Source of the DNA: an uncultured archaeon
Lineage (GTDB): Archaea; Asgardarchaeota; Thorarchaeia; Thorarchaeales; Thorarchaeaceae
Direction of reading: 5' to 3'
Length of the DNA: 64,000 bases
NCBI GenBank assembly: GCA_964558645.1
Contig: CAZLEV010000001.1
Coordinates: 61,568-125,567, forward strand
This document shows positions 35,956 through 46,974 of the stretch, piece by piece. The notes under the pieces were generated by a model that was not told the DNA's origin, made no database searches, and saw only the letters and a list, made by a program, of their open reading frames with translations. Every line of letters starts with the position of its first letter. Positions within the stretch are counted from its first letter, which is position 1. Both the position numbers and the translations under genes were made by a program.

Positions 35956-37698
35956 ATGTTGAACCACTCGGGAGACCTACAATGTGGAGCTGTGATCATG
36001 CCGCGAAGTCTGAGAGGTGTTCCGAAGGAGATAGCTGCGTTCGGTGAACGCCAGTTCCGAGAAACCGGTGCTGTTGCGGTTGAGGTCTTGCGGGTGAAAG
36101 CCTCGACCGTGCGTAAGCATTTCAGACGCCTCCAGGGCATAACGTATCTTGTTGCTGTCGTCAATCTTGATAGAATCCGTGTATACTTCTTCAACAGGGA
36201 AGGCGTCATGCTGGTGGGGGAGAATGTCGAAACTTCGAAATACAAGAAGATTCGCGAGAAATCTCGCCTTCTGGCAAAATTCGAGAAACCACAAGAACCC
36301 ACCAAAGAAGAGCTGAGGATGGAGGCAACTGAGGAACTCAGGAACTCTCTCTCAAGAGCTATCAAGAGGGTATGCAGGTTCCTCGCATTGACTGAGCCAC
36401 CATTCCCAGAGACCTATGTGAGCAAGCAGTCCCTTGCTGAACACACACAGTCCTTTGGTCTCAAGATTGAGGATGATGCGCTGGTCTTCCAAGAGTCTCT
36501 GTTGCATGGTGCACCCCTTGAAGGTCTGTCAAATCGCGCGGCATTTCTATTGCTATTGGACGCACAGAGGGCCAGAGTTGAATACCTGAATTGTCTGGGA
36601 AATGCCGTGGCTGCTGCTGTCTTGAAGAGCCCCTTGTGTGAAGAATGGCAAGATGTCTGGCTCAAGAACTCCAAAGAAACGGATTATCATGTTTTGATGC
36701 GCCATTTCATTCGGCACCTTGAAACATACCAGGAACAAGGTTTCTTGCGTCTGTTGGAGGTGGCAAAATCCAGTCCACCCATTGAAGATACTTCCAGATG
36801 GACCAAGAGCCTGAAGATGATCCATGACACGCTCGAGCTCAGTGCAGGTACCGAGGAGTTTCCAGTCCTCAAGAGATTCTTGGGCGACCTGACAGATCTC
36901 AATGCATTGAATCAGAAGCGTAACACACTCGAACGTTTTCATCTCGCACCCAGAGTTTGGTGTAACCCACAGTCTCTGGAGCGCCAGATGCATGTTAATC
37001 TTGACACTGGTGACCTGCAAAGCGATGCACTCTGTGAGATTGTCTATGTCGATGCTCATTCTCCAAAGACCATGCGGATTCTGGAAGAAGGTGAACTCCA
37101 AGTAAATGCCATGGAGTACATGCTGAATCTTGAAGATGTCTTTCCCAAGCCGGGCGGCTTAGCGTCGCGTGGAAGGTATCTGGTTGAACGTGCTCTGGCT
37201 GCTATGGGGGTACAGTCCTCGTCAGAACTGACCTTTTCAAGAAGGCTTGAGTTCAATGGTGGAACGATAAGCAACGCGGAGAAGGCAGTACTTGAGAGAC
37301 TGTGGACTGGACGCCTGCAGATTCTGTCAGACTCATTGATCGGCTCACCGAAGCGAATGCAGTCGTTGATTGATAGTGGGCATTTGGTTCTGATTCCTGA
37401 TTTCAATCACTTGGGTGTTTCACCGACGCATCTCCTTGTAGGCGAGCTAGAATCTGTAGTCGGCATCTGCAGAGAACACGCACTGGAGGCAACCCTATTT
37501 CACTCGTCATCTGACTCGTTCGCCATCGCATGTTCAGTTTCGCACTGGAAACAACAATTGCTGGATGAGTGCACAAGATTGCACGTTCGGTTGTATCCTA
37601 TCATGGGGGTCAGCTCAGTCAACAAGCTGGTGCGAGATGAGCCGGTGCTTTTTGACCTGTCCGAGTCTGTGACATGGAGCAGCTCCTCTAGTCCCTGA
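35956..37698 (+). CDS. Hypothetical protein
   Basis: 580-aa ORF; C-terminal LIPDFNHLGV weakly recalls an Lrp/AsnC linker. Confidence 0.6.
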   Translation: MLNHSGDLQCGAVIMPRSLRGVPKEIAAFGERQFRETGAVAVEVLRVKASTVRKHFRRLQGITYLVAVVNLDRIRVYFFNREGVMLVGENVETSKYKKIREKSRLLAKFEKPQEPTKEELRMEATEELRNSLSRAIKRVCRFLALTEPPFPETYVSKQSLAEHTQSFGLKIEDDALVFQESLLHGAPLEGLSNRAAFLLLLDAQRARVEYLNCLGNAVAAAVLKSPLCEEWQDVWLKNSKETDYHVLMRHFIRHLETYQEQGFLRLLEVAKSSPPIEDTSRWTKSLKMIHDTLELSAGTEEFPVLKRFLGDLTDLNALNQKRNTLERFHLAPRVWCNPQSLERQMHVNLDTGDLQSDALCEIVYVDAHSPKTMRILEEGELQVNAMEYMLNLEDVFPKPGGLASRGRYLVERALAAMGVQSSSELTFSRRLEFNGGTISNAEKAVLERLWTGRLQILSDSLIGSPKRMQSLIDSGHLVLIPDFNHLGVSPTHLLVGELESVVGICREHALEATLFHSSSDSFAIACSVSHWKQQLLDECTRLHVRLYPIMGVSSVNKLVRDEPVLFDLSESVTWSSSSSP

Positions 37699-39376
37699 TC
37701 TCGACGATTGTTCCTATGGCTCTGGTGTTTGCTTCACGAAGCACGATTCTATCTCCTGCCTGTACTGCTTCGGGAACCATTAGAAACTGAAGACGGACTC
37801 TTGCGAAATCTCCCACACACAGGTATTCCTTATCATAAATGTGCTGGAGCACGACAGTCTGTTGGATTGTATGACATTGCATGACCGGGCAGTAACCCTT
37901 AGATATTCTTGTCGGGTGGCGCGTGACCACTATATTTGCTTCGAAGACTCTGGCACTCTGTACTGGTTCCTCAGTGTCTGCAATCAGCTGTCCTCTTCTG
38001 ATCTTGTGCTTGTCCACATCTTTGACGTCGAATCCAAAGAGGTCGCCTGCACGTACGCGTCCAACCCTCTTCTTGAACATCTCTATGCTGAACAGGCGTC
38101 CCTCCATGAACTCTCCATTCGGATCAGGTCCAATCAGTAGGTTTTGCCCTGTCTTGAAGACACCCTGATTTACGGTCCCTGTAATCACCACACTCGTTCC
38201 CTTGATGCCTCTATACACCTTGTCGACGAACCCTCTTGCGGGTTCTGAGAGATCCCTCTCACCTGAGAACGATGGGAGTCTTGAGAGCAGACTGGTGAGC
38301 AGTGACAGAGATTCCCAATCCGTCGCCGCGACTTGGAGAATCGGTACAACGACTTGGTTGCCAATCTCCTTGATGACTGCTGGGATGTCTTCCTCTCCTT
38401 TGACATTGACCGGTATCTTTCCGATCTCCTTCAGAGTCTTTCTGACGAGACTCTGTACCAGTTCCATCTCATCGTCCGCTGTCTTGTCACCTTTAGATAT
38501 CACCACGATGAATGGGGCCTCTTGATTCGCCATGAGTATCATGTGTTCACGTGTGATATCATCCAGTCTCTTGGAGCCTGTCCTTTCTTCTTCGCTTCGG
38601 ATTAGATTCGCCTCTTCAGGGCCAGGAACTAGAATCATCCCGTACTGAGCATCCGCGCCAAGGATACTCCGAATCATGGTCTTACTGTATTCCTTGTGCC
38701 CTGGGGCATCGAAGAATGTGAGGATCTTCTTGGAACGATCAAGAACCCTTGCAGCCTCCTCCTTGTTGAGCGGATTCTCAAGATGGATTGGAACACCCGT
38801 TTCATCATACCCTAGAAATGCAAGATGGATATCTGCAGTCTGTCCTCGGGTGATCTCTTGAGGGTGTTTCAGCAGAAAGGACCTTGCACTTCCGCTTCCG
38901 TTGTCTGGCTTCCCGGTGACGAGAGCTCCAATCAGTGTTGACTTTCCTGAATTGACTCTGCCTGCAACGTTTACAGAGCAGGTCTCTTTGATTTCCAGTG
39001 CTTCTGTTCTCTTGAGAAGGTAGACCCCGACCAGACCTCTTGGAGTCTCCACCCATTCTTCTTCGACTATGTCCACTTCTGCTTCTTGACATATGCGATT
39101 GAGTATCTTCTCGGCGTTCTTCAGCCCTGACTCCGTGAGACCGTAAAGTCGCCACTGATCACCATTGATATCTTCTATGCCGATGAGAAATCTCCCTTCA
39201 AACGGGCTTTCACATGTCATGTACCTTATTCGTGTGACTAGCTTTTGTTTCCTCACAGGTCTGAGATCAGTCTTTGTCAGGTTTCTTTTGAACTCGGTGT
39301 TTCTTGTCTCTCCCACCCTGAGGATTCTCTGAACTTCCTCGACTGTGGTCATCTGGGGCAACCCTGTTGTCATCAT
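37688..39376 (-). CDS. GTPBP1/GTPBP2-family translational GTPase (archaeal GPBP)
   Basis: N-terminal GETRNTEFK...FLIGIED, G1 GRVNSGKST, LKHPQEITRGQT, DAPGHKEYSKT, and EF-Tu-like domains II and III. Confidence 0.88.
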   Translation of the reverse strand: MMTTGLPQMTTVEEVQRILRVGETRNTEFKRNLTKTDLRPVRKQKLVTRIRYMTCESPFEGRFLIGIEDINGDQWRLYGLTESGLKNAEKILNRICQEAEVDIVEEEWVETPRGLVGVYLLKRTEALEIKETCSVNVAGRVNSGKSTLIGALVTGKPDNGSGSARSFLLKHPQEITRGQTADIHLAFLGYDETGVPIHLENPLNKEEAARVLDRSKKILTFFDAPGHKEYSKTMIRSILGADAQYGMILVPGPEEANLIRSEEERTGSKRLDDITREHMILMANQEAPFIVVISKGDKTADDEMELVQSLVRKTLKEIGKIPVNVKGEEDIPAVIKEIGNQVVVPILQVAATDWESLSLLTSLLSRLPSFSGERDLSEPARGFVDKVYRGIKGTSVVITGTVNQGVFKTGQNLLIGPDPNGEFMEGRLFSIEMFKKRVGRVRAGDLFGFDVKDVDKHKIRRGQLIADTEEPVQSARVFEANIVVTRHPTRISKGYCPVMQCHTIQQTVVLQHIYDKEYLCVGDFARVRLQFLMVPEAVQAGDRIVLREANTRAIGTIVEIRD

Positions 39377-39632
39377 TCACATGATCTCTCGTTATAACAA
39401 TATCTGACTCACAAGATCTCTTTGTGACCATGAATCCTTGAGAGGCGTGTAGGAGATGCCTGGACAACGACGATGGTTATGTGGTTCTTCCTAATTCAAT
39501 GTCCTGGCCAATACGGCAAATCAACAAGTCTATCCTTGTGACTATGCTTGGTCGCCCGAATCAACAGGTTAATAGTGTGAGATTGGCAAACACGACTCCG
39601 AACGCACAGATGCTCGGAGATGAGACCTGATC

Positions 39633-41021
39633 TTGTTTGATTTACTGGAACGAGCGATGGAGACGGCCCGTGGCTTGGAGGCAGCATATGTTGAGCTCCG
39701 TGGTGAGGATATCTTTATCGAATACATTCAGATGGACGACGGACGAATAAATGCCCTGACTCAGAGAATCGAGAGAGGCGTTGCAGTACGAGTCTTGGCT
39801 GATGGCGCATGGGGCTTTGTCACCACTGGCGACTTGGAGCGCCTAGATTCAGCGATAAAGGATGCATACTCGATTGCTAGGGCTGCAGCCCCGACCCGAA
39901 AGGAACCTATCGAACTCGCTGAGACAAAGTCTGTTCACGATACGGTGAGGAGTTCAGTGAAGGAAGATCCTCGTCATATCCCTGTTGAAGAGAAAGTGAC
40001 ATACTTGCGAGATACGACGCGGGTGATTCGCGACTATGATGAACGGATCACTGCCGTGACACTGAAGATGCAAAACGCCTCGGGAGAGAGATTTCTTCTG
40101 ACCTCCGATGGTACGCGGATAGAATCGCCAGTGAACCTTGTCTGGATCTACCCGTGGGTGACTGGCAAAGAAGGTACTCGGCTGAGCGCAGCTCGTTACG
40201 AGGAGGCCTCTACTCATCAGGGCTGGGAGTTCATGAGAGCAACCGCAAGTCCCGAATTCATAGGTGAAGAGGTGGCTAACCGTGTGAAGCTGCAACTTGA
40301 TGGGGTTCCAGCAAAGGGCGGAAGCTTCCCTTGTGTTATGGGGCCAAGAGTGATCGGTGTCTTGGCACATGAAGCTCTTGGTCACCTTGCCGAGGCAGAC
40401 TTGACAGTGCACACCCCTTTCAATGACAGACTTGGCGAAGTTGTGGCGGCTCCCGGTGTCAATATGGTTGATGACGGAACTGACCCGGGCAATCTCGGAA
40501 CTGCGAAGTACGATGATGAGGGAACTCCAACAACCCGTGTTGACATCATAAGAGACTCGGTGCTCACTGAACTGATGACCAATCGGGAGTATGCAGCCAA
40601 GATCGATCAACGCCCCACTGGTAACGCTCGCGCAGAGAGCTATCTATATCCACCTATCATTCGTATGCGGAATACTATGTTTGAGAGAGGTGATCACTCC
40701 CGTGAGGAGATCTTTGAGGGTATTGGATTCGGGTACTATTGTGCCGATTTCAGGGGTGGACAGGCACAGATGAATGCAAGCTTTCAAGTCGGTGTTCAAG
40801 AGGCCTATGAAATAGTCAACGGTGAAATCGGTCGACCGGTCACAGACCTTTCGATATCTGGTATCGCGACTGATGCGTTATTCAAGATTGAGGCTGTTGC
40901 CGATGAGGGTTTTCCGTTCGAAGTTGGGCGGTGCGGCAAGGGCCAGACTGCGTACATCTCTGCAGGAGGCCCCCATATTCGGTTTTCGAAAGGTGGTATT
41001 ACCTTCGGAGGAAAGGACTAG
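39633..41021 (+). CDS. tldD: TldD metalloprotease
   Basis: GVAVRVLADGAWGF, HEALGH, DDEG, GNARA, RMRNT and CGKGQ. Confidence 0.93.
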   Translation: MFDLLERAMETARGLEAAYVELRGEDIFIEYIQMDDGRINALTQRIERGVAVRVLADGAWGFVTTGDLERLDSAIKDAYSIARAAAPTRKEPIELAETKSVHDTVRSSVKEDPRHIPVEEKVTYLRDTTRVIRDYDERITAVTLKMQNASGERFLLTSDGTRIESPVNLVWIYPWVTGKEGTRLSAARYEEASTHQGWEFMRATASPEFIGEEVANRVKLQLDGVPAKGGSFPCVMGPRVIGVLAHEALGHLAEADLTVHTPFNDRLGEVVAAPGVNMVDDGTDPGNLGTAKYDDEGTPTTRVDIIRDSVLTELMTNREYAAKIDQRPTGNARAESYLYPPIIRMRNTMFERGDHSREEIFEGIGFGYYCADFRGGQAQMNASFQVGVQEAYEIVNGEIGRPVTDLSISGIATDALFKIEAVADEGFPFEVGRCGKGQTAYISAGGPHIRFSKGGITFGGKD

Positions 41022-41030
41022 GAGGCGCCA

Positions 41031-42389
41031 ATGATGATTGATGAGAATGAACTACTCGCCCTTTGTGATCATGCAGTTGCCTTTGGAATGGCGAAAGGCG
41101 TTGATCAAATAGAAGTTCAGGCGCAGTTCAAGTCAGAACTGGAGACCGAGGTAGAGCAGGGCGAGGTCAGCAGTGTGAATCGAATCATGGGTAGTGAGAT
41201 TGCAGTCCGTGTGTTTCTCGATAAACGGATGGGTTCTGCATTCACAAACATTGCGACAAAGGGATCAGTGGCCGAAACAGTATCGCTGGCCATTAAGGCC
41301 TCCCAGTCTCTAAGCCCTGACGAAGATTTCGTTTCGCTTTCGAAGCCCTCCAGCTATCGAAAAGTCGAGGGATTGTGGGACGGGTCGGTTCTGAAGGCTG
41401 ACCCGGGCAGCGTGGTAAAGGACGTTGTCGAGATTGTTAGAATGGGGGCATCTCACGAGGGGCTCGTTCCTGCTATGGCGAGCTCAGGAGCCAATGCATA
41501 CCTTATTGCATATGCCAATAGCAACGGAGTACGCCATGCGGAGAAGACGAGCATAGGTTATGGGTTCCTGGCCGCTATTGCCAAGACCGAGAGTGGAGTT
41601 ACACCCATGGTCTTTGCAGTAGATATCGGTCGTGACCTCGCCATAGACAAGGAGAAGATTGTCAATGAGGTGGCCGACACACTATCCATTTGCAGGAACG
41701 AAGTAACCGGAAGGTCAGGCCGTCACGTGACAATCTTCCACCCTCGAGCTCTACTACAGCTTCTCCAAAATACTCTGGTCCCTTCTATCAAAGGCGAGAA
41801 TGTTGCAAGAGGCAAATCAAGGATTGCTGATAAGATTGGAGAGCAGATTGCATCGGAGAACATCACACTCCATGATGATGGAATCCATCCTGAGGGGGTT
41901 GGTTCTTCAGTTGCGGATGCCGAGGGTGTGGCCCGACAGAAGACAACAGTCATCGACAATGGAGTTTTGAAATCCTTCCTATGGGACACCTACTGGGCCC
42001 ATAAGATGGGCGTTCAGACCACAGGAAATGCCTCAAGAAACATGCGTCAGGGTCTCGTAGAGATTGAACCGACAAACATTGTCATTGAACCTGGAACCAG
42101 AGAGATTGATGAGATAATCTCTGGGATTGAGTACGGTTTCTATGTTCAGAATGTGCAAGGAGCGCACAGTGCCAATCCTGAGTCAGGGGATTTCAGCGTC
42201 GTTGGGAATCCAGCTATTCTTATCGAAAACGGCAAGAGAGTGGGGCAGGTTCACGGCCTGATGGTATCTGGCAATATGTTCGATATGTTGAAACAAACAA
42301 AGGAAGTCGCCAAGACCCCTCACTACTTGCAGGGTATCATCGCACCAGAGATTGTCTTCGCTGATATTTCGATTGTTACGAAGGAGTAG
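41031..42389 (+). CDS. pmbA: PmbA/TldE partner subunit
   Basis: Follows tldD; DAEGV, TTGNA and ANPESGDFS; no HExxH. Confidence 0.9.
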   Translation: MMIDENELLALCDHAVAFGMAKGVDQIEVQAQFKSELETEVEQGEVSSVNRIMGSEIAVRVFLDKRMGSAFTNIATKGSVAETVSLAIKASQSLSPDEDFVSLSKPSSYRKVEGLWDGSVLKADPGSVVKDVVEIVRMGASHEGLVPAMASSGANAYLIAYANSNGVRHAEKTSIGYGFLAAIAKTESGVTPMVFAVDIGRDLAIDKEKIVNEVADTLSICRNEVTGRSGRHVTIFHPRALLQLLQNTLVPSIKGENVARGKSRIADKIGEQIASENITLHDDGIHPEGVGSSVADAEGVARQKTTVIDNGVLKSFLWDTYWAHKMGVQTTGNASRNMRQGLVEIEPTNIVIEPGTREIDEIISGIEYGFYVQNVQGAHSANPESGDFSVVGNPAILIENGKRVGQVHGLMVSGNMFDMLKQTKEVAKTPHYLQGIIAPEIVFADISIVTKE

Positions 42390-42513
42390 AAAGGTGCGGG
42401 AGGTCGTGACAAAGGACCAGTATCTCCATCCTTTGGCTTTTCTGCACACAAAGCATATCAATTATAGACATACCACGTTAGAGTTGCCAAGAAAGACCTG
42501 AGGTTCTCGTACC

Positions 42514-45500
42514 TTGAAGCGTACATTGATGATCATCATTCTTCTTACTGCGATGGCGTTCCCTGCTGCTTTCAGCACTGCAGAACGATGGCAAAACCCA
42601 CTTTCCTATGACTACGTGGCGGCTTCGCTCCGGATGGAGTTGGGTGTCGTGCAGGAAACCAGATCCTCTACGACGTACGAGTACAGGGATGTACTTCTTC
42701 ACTTCGCGGATGAGTTAAGCCCTCACGAGCTTTCATCAATACAAGATAGCGGAGTAGATTTCCTCCATCGTGGAGGTGAGCCTATTCACGTGGGTGGCTT
42801 TTATCGTGCGAGGATTGACCGCTTAGAATCACTGAGAGCGGCTCGTGATTTTGGGCTCCTGAGGGTCTCTTCTGGCTCCAAGCAGTTCTATCCCTCCCTG
42901 GCTTCATCTGTTCCGGCAACCAGAGCTCCTGATGTCTGGAACAATCTCAACACGGATGGGGTGGCAATTGATGGGAATGGAACTCTTGTGGCTGTTATCG
43001 ATACTGGTGCCTCATGGTTACATCCCTCATTCTGGCGTGTAACAGGAGGACCGTATGAAGTGATTCAAGATGGTTCTCACTTCTATGTGGACCTCAACGG
43101 GGATGGGGAGCCGGGAGTCGGTGAGGGGCCGATAAGAGTCGTTCACGCTCAGAACCCCTCAACCATAGAGGCCTCAAATGAATACCTCTACATCGATGTC
43201 AACAACAACGGGGTGTTCGATTATGGAGATGGTGACCGATGGCTCTGCGGTGTAGACTCGAATCAAGATGGCATCATCGATCTGCCGTCTGAGGATGTAG
43301 TACTCCTGAATGAGAGTAAGGTCTCTCTGTTCTACGACCAGTATTCCGGTGACGTCTATCAGCGAGGAGTGAACTTGACCTCTGGTGCGCTTAGCGTAGG
43401 CGACACGCACGGCCACGGCACTCACGTTGCTTCCACCATTGCAGGTGGTCAACCTGGGTACAGCCAGATGTTGGGGGCAGCCCCGGGTGCCGACCTGATA
43501 ATCGTAAGAAGTCCACTGCAGTCCAGCGACATCATCGACGGTATCCACTTTGCCCTCGCGAATGATGCTGATGTCATCAACATGTCGTTTTCCAGCTTTC
43601 TCGGTTTCATGGACGGGACCGATGTGGAAGACCTAGCCGTCAACGAGGCCTTGCGAAGATACGGTACTATATCGACATTAGCGGCTGGGAATCTTGCTGG
43701 AAGGTCCAAGCATGCCAGCTTTACCGTGACAGGTGGAGGGAATGGTTCTGCGATGTTCTCCGTACAGAATCCGCCGGATTACTCGTTTCTCAACATACTC
43801 TGGCACAGCGCTGATCGAGATGAAGAGATAGTCCTCACGACTCCCGGTGATGAAGAGATAAACCTGGGACGCTTCTCGGACATAGATGGAATGAGTTACG
43901 AGCTTGTAGAGTCAGAGATTCGAGCATACATCTTTCCAGATACGAGTATTCGGGGGACAAACCAGATAATCATCCAGGTTTCAGACGAAGAACATCGGTG
44001 GGATAGCGGTATCTGGCAACTGACCGTCATCAATAGCGCGGGGGAGCCAGTTCGAGTCGACGCTTATGCTTGGGATAACAGCTGGGATGGCTCAAATCTC
44101 AGATTCACTTCCCAGATAGATAACAGCCGCACGGTGAGCTCGCCCGGAACCGCCGATTTGGGAATCACTGTGGCTGCATATGATGAATCAACGGAACAGA
44201 TCTCATCAAGCTCGGGCCGGGGTCCCAGAATAGATGGCGTTCCAAAACCGGACGTTGCGGCGCCAGGAGCATCCATCCTGGCTGCAAGAAACAGCATCTC
44301 AAGCCTCTGGTTCTCGAGAAGTGGTACAAGCATGGCGGCACCCCATGTTGCAGGTCTTGTGGCTCTGCTTCAACAGACCTCATCGGATGAGTCTGGCTGG
44401 GAGGCCCTGAGTTCACTACTTCAAGGTGCAGGCGACACCAAGACTCACCATAGCCCACCTGATGACCGCTGGGGATACGGCCTCAGTGACGCCCTATCAG
44501 CTGTCCGCCATCTTCTTCCGCTATCGGCCAATCCAAGTCTTCCGAGTCAGGGATGGGTTGGAATCGAAGAGATATACTCGGGCAATCCAGAAGACGGGAT
44601 TGACGGAGAGCTTGACATTGTTTCTGTACTCGGATATCTGAACACAACTGCCCTTTCACTTGCCGTAGAGACTGCTCAGCCTCCTGATTTTTCCGGCACC
44701 AATACCCTACTTCTCGGGTGGGATTCAGATGGCAATCCCGCTACCGGAGATAATGGAGTGGATTATCGTGTTGAAGTGACTGGTGGTACTAGTCAGGTGT
44801 ATGAGTGGACGGGGTCGGCATTTGAAGAGTCAAGCATCCCGACTCTTGCTTGGAGTATCGGGAACACTCAGTATATCTCTCTGGAGAATCCATCGGCAAC
44901 CCCGGCACGTAACCTCTCAGTTTCAACCCTCAACACATCGGGACTGCAGGACTGGACGGGCTGGCTATCCTTGCAGTATAGATGGCGCCCGGTCGTTAGT
45001 GATTTCTCTCTTGCAGTTTCAGGTTCTGGATACTTGGCTAGCTTCAGTCTTCAGGACTGGGACAGCGATGCCTCTGTTCTTAGCGTTGGTTGGGCCTTGA
45101 GCGATGGTTCCTTCAATGCACTACGCTCCAACACTGTTATGGGAACCAACTCTATCAGCTTGGAAGGTGATTACTCCGAAGAGGACACCTCTGAGGCATT
45201 CAGTTTCATGCTTAATGTGAGCGATTCGGACTCTGTGCTCTACTTGCCACCTGTGATGCTCGTATCCGCTGGAGCTACAAGCATCCAGTTCTCCAATACG
45301 AGTCTGTTGACCAATGAGATTCGGGTGGGTCCGTTTTTCTCCGGGGTAATAAGAGGGAGCTTCAGCTTGGATGGCTATCAACTAGTTGAAGAGATCGAGG
45401 TTTCTTTTGTCAACGAGTTCGGTTTTGCACTGAATTTCTCAGTGCAGGGTTCGAACGGTGACTATTGGTTTGAGATATCTGCTTCGGGTTTCACTGCGGG

Positions 45501-45690
45501 GGTCTACGATGTATACGCAGTTGCGCGGATTGGAACCGGGCAGCGTTACGAGCACAAGTTCGGCACTCTTGCAGTCATTCAGGATTACTCCGCGCTTACG
45601 AGTCTGCTGCTAGTGGTTGGAGCAGGCATAGTTATAATCGTCGTTATCAGAAGAGTCATCTCACCCTCTCATAAGGAGTTATCATCATGA
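42514..45690 (+). CDS. Membrane-anchored S8 subtilase (paralogue of 27250..30489)
   Basis: Signal peptide, VIDTG / HGTHVAS / GTSMAAPHVAG, DxNxDG insert and C-terminal TM. Confidence 0.9.
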   Translation: MKRTLMIIILLTAMAFPAAFSTAERWQNPLSYDYVAASLRMELGVVQETRSSTTYEYRDVLLHFADELSPHELSSIQDSGVDFLHRGGEPIHVGGFYRARIDRLESLRAARDFGLLRVSSGSKQFYPSLASSVPATRAPDVWNNLNTDGVAIDGNGTLVAVIDTGASWLHPSFWRVTGGPYEVIQDGSHFYVDLNGDGEPGVGEGPIRVVHAQNPSTIEASNEYLYIDVNNNGVFDYGDGDRWLCGVDSNQDGIIDLPSEDVVLLNESKVSLFYDQYSGDVYQRGVNLTSGALSVGDTHGHGTHVASTIAGGQPGYSQMLGAAPGADLIIVRSPLQSSDIIDGIHFALANDADVINMSFSSFLGFMDGTDVEDLAVNEALRRYGTISTLAAGNLAGRSKHASFTVTGGGNGSAMFSVQNPPDYSFLNILWHSADRDEEIVLTTPGDEEINLGRFSDIDGMSYELVESEIRAYIFPDTSIRGTNQIIIQVSDEEHRWDSGIWQLTVINSAGEPVRVDAYAWDNSWDGSNLRFTSQIDNSRTVSSPGTADLGITVAAYDESTEQISSSSGRGPRIDGVPKPDVAAPGASILAARNSISSLWFSRSGTSMAAPHVAGLVALLQQTSSDESGWEALSSLLQGAGDTKTHHSPPDDRWGYGLSDALSAVRHLLPLSANPSLPSQGWVGIEEIYSGNPEDGIDGELDIVSVLGYLNTTALSLAVETAQPPDFSGTNTLLLGWDSDGNPATGDNGVDYRVEVTGGTSQVYEWTGSAFEESSIPTLAWSIGNTQYISLENPSATPARNLSVSTLNTSGLQDWTGWLSLQYRWRPVVSDFSLAVSGSGYLASFSLQDWDSDASVLSVGWALSDGSFNALRSNTVMGTNSISLEGDYSEEDTSEAFSFMLNVSDSDSVLYLPPVMLVSAGATSIQFSNTSLLTNEIRVGPFFSGVIRGSFSLDGYQLVEEIEVSFVNEFGFALNFSVQGSNGDYWFEISASGFTAGVYDVYAVARIGTGQRYEHKFGTLAVIQDYSALTSLLLVVGAGIVIIVVIRRVISPSHKELSS

Positions 45691-46970
45691 GAATTGTCGT
45701 TGTTGGTTATGGTCCCGGAGGGGTTTCCGCGGCCAATGCAGCACATATGTTCGCTCAGGATGCTGAGGTTGTTATCATAACCGAGGAAACATCTCCCGCA
45801 CACAGAAAACCGGGGTCCTCACTAGCATTGGAGTATCCTGAAACTGACAGACTCAACATCCCCGACTGGACACCCGAGTCGCTTGAGAAGAAGGGTATTG
45901 AGGTTGTGACCGGCCATCGTGTAGTGTCAGGCGACCTGAAGGACAAGAATATTGTCGTCATTGGTCCAGAGGGTGAAGAGAAGACAATGGGCTATGACAA
46001 ACTGATACTTGCAACGGGCGGGAAGCCCTATGTTCCTGATATTCCAGGCACCGACCTGGAAGGCGTTTACACAATCCAGGATGTTTCAGATGCGTCAAGA
46101 GTGGGTCAGCGTCTGTCTAACATTGAAACCGTGGTTGTAGTGGGCGCGGGATTCAGCGGCCTGGAGGTTGCAGAGCGATTCTTCGAGTTAGGGAAGAGAG
46201 TGCACATCATTGTGCGGTCCCGGCTTCTTCGACGCCTCTTGGAGCCTGAGCTTAGCGAAGAGCTTCAATCTAGAATTCCCTCAGCTATTCGTGTACATCA
46301 GGGCAATACGCCACAGCGGGTTCTCGGCGATACACAGGTTGAGGGACTTGTTGTTGGCGAGAAGACCATCGAGACCCAAGCAGTTCTGTTCATGACGGGT
46401 GTCACTCCAAACACGGAACTCGCACGAGAACTCGGTCTCGATATCGGTGAGCTTGATGGAGTGGTGGTGGATGAAAGGATGCAAACATCGGATGGGGATG
46501 TCTATGCTGTAGGCGACTGTGTTCAGATGCATGATTTCTTGACAGGCGAACCTGTGCTGATGCCCATCGGCAGTGTGGCTGCTCGAGCAGGTCGTCAAGC
46601 TGGTGTTGCTGCCGTTGGAAACAATCGCCTCTACCCGGAAACCAAGCTCAGATTTCAGTACGACCGAATATTCGACACGGACATCGTATGCATGGGCCAT
46701 TCTTCGGAGATAGCAGGCAGGGTTGGCAATGAGGTACGGGTCACTCTTCTTCAGGATGATAGCGAGGCTGCAAAGATTGCGTTGGTTACTGATATGAACG
46801 ACCGCATTGTTGGTGGACAGGTTCTTGCATCAAGGATGGGTCCGAGAATTGGATATCAGATCCTTGCGAGGATGGACGAGGGACTGAAGTTAAGTGAGGC
46901 CCCTCTGCTTGATCCTCGCCATGACCAAATCAAGAGCCTTCTGGAGGAAACACTTGGCCCAATAGACTAG
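45687..46970 (+). CDS. FAD/NAD(P)H-dependent pyridine nucleotide-disulfide oxidoreductase family protein
   Basis: GYGPGG, ATGG, GAGFSGLE and TSDGDVYAVGD. The N-terminal redox Cys of Nox/CoADR is absent (AHRKPG). Confidence 0.85.
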   Translation: MRIVVVGYGPGGVSAANAAHMFAQDAEVVIITEETSPAHRKPGSSLALEYPETDRLNIPDWTPESLEKKGIEVVTGHRVVSGDLKDKNIVVIGPEGEEKTMGYDKLILATGGKPYVPDIPGTDLEGVYTIQDVSDASRVGQRLSNIETVVVVGAGFSGLEVAERFFELGKRVHIIVRSRLLRRLLEPELSEELQSRIPSAIRVHQGNTPQRVLGDTQVEGLVVGEKTIETQAVLFMTGVTPNTELARELGLDIGELDGVVVDERMQTSDGDVYAVGDCVQMHDFLTGEPVLMPIGSVAARAGRQAGVAAVGNNRLYPETKLRFQYDRIFDTDIVCMGHSSEIAGRVGNEVRVTLLQDDSEAAKIALVTDMNDRIVGGQVLASRMGPRIGYQILARMDEGLKLSEAPLLDPRHDQIKSLLEETLGPID

Positions 46971-46974
46971 GTCG

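Noticed and set aside
39633-42389. TldD/PmbA as the leader protease of the CHSA/radical SAM system
   Set aside because: They lie 20 kb away and are widespread housekeeping genes in archaea; no evidence of linkage.
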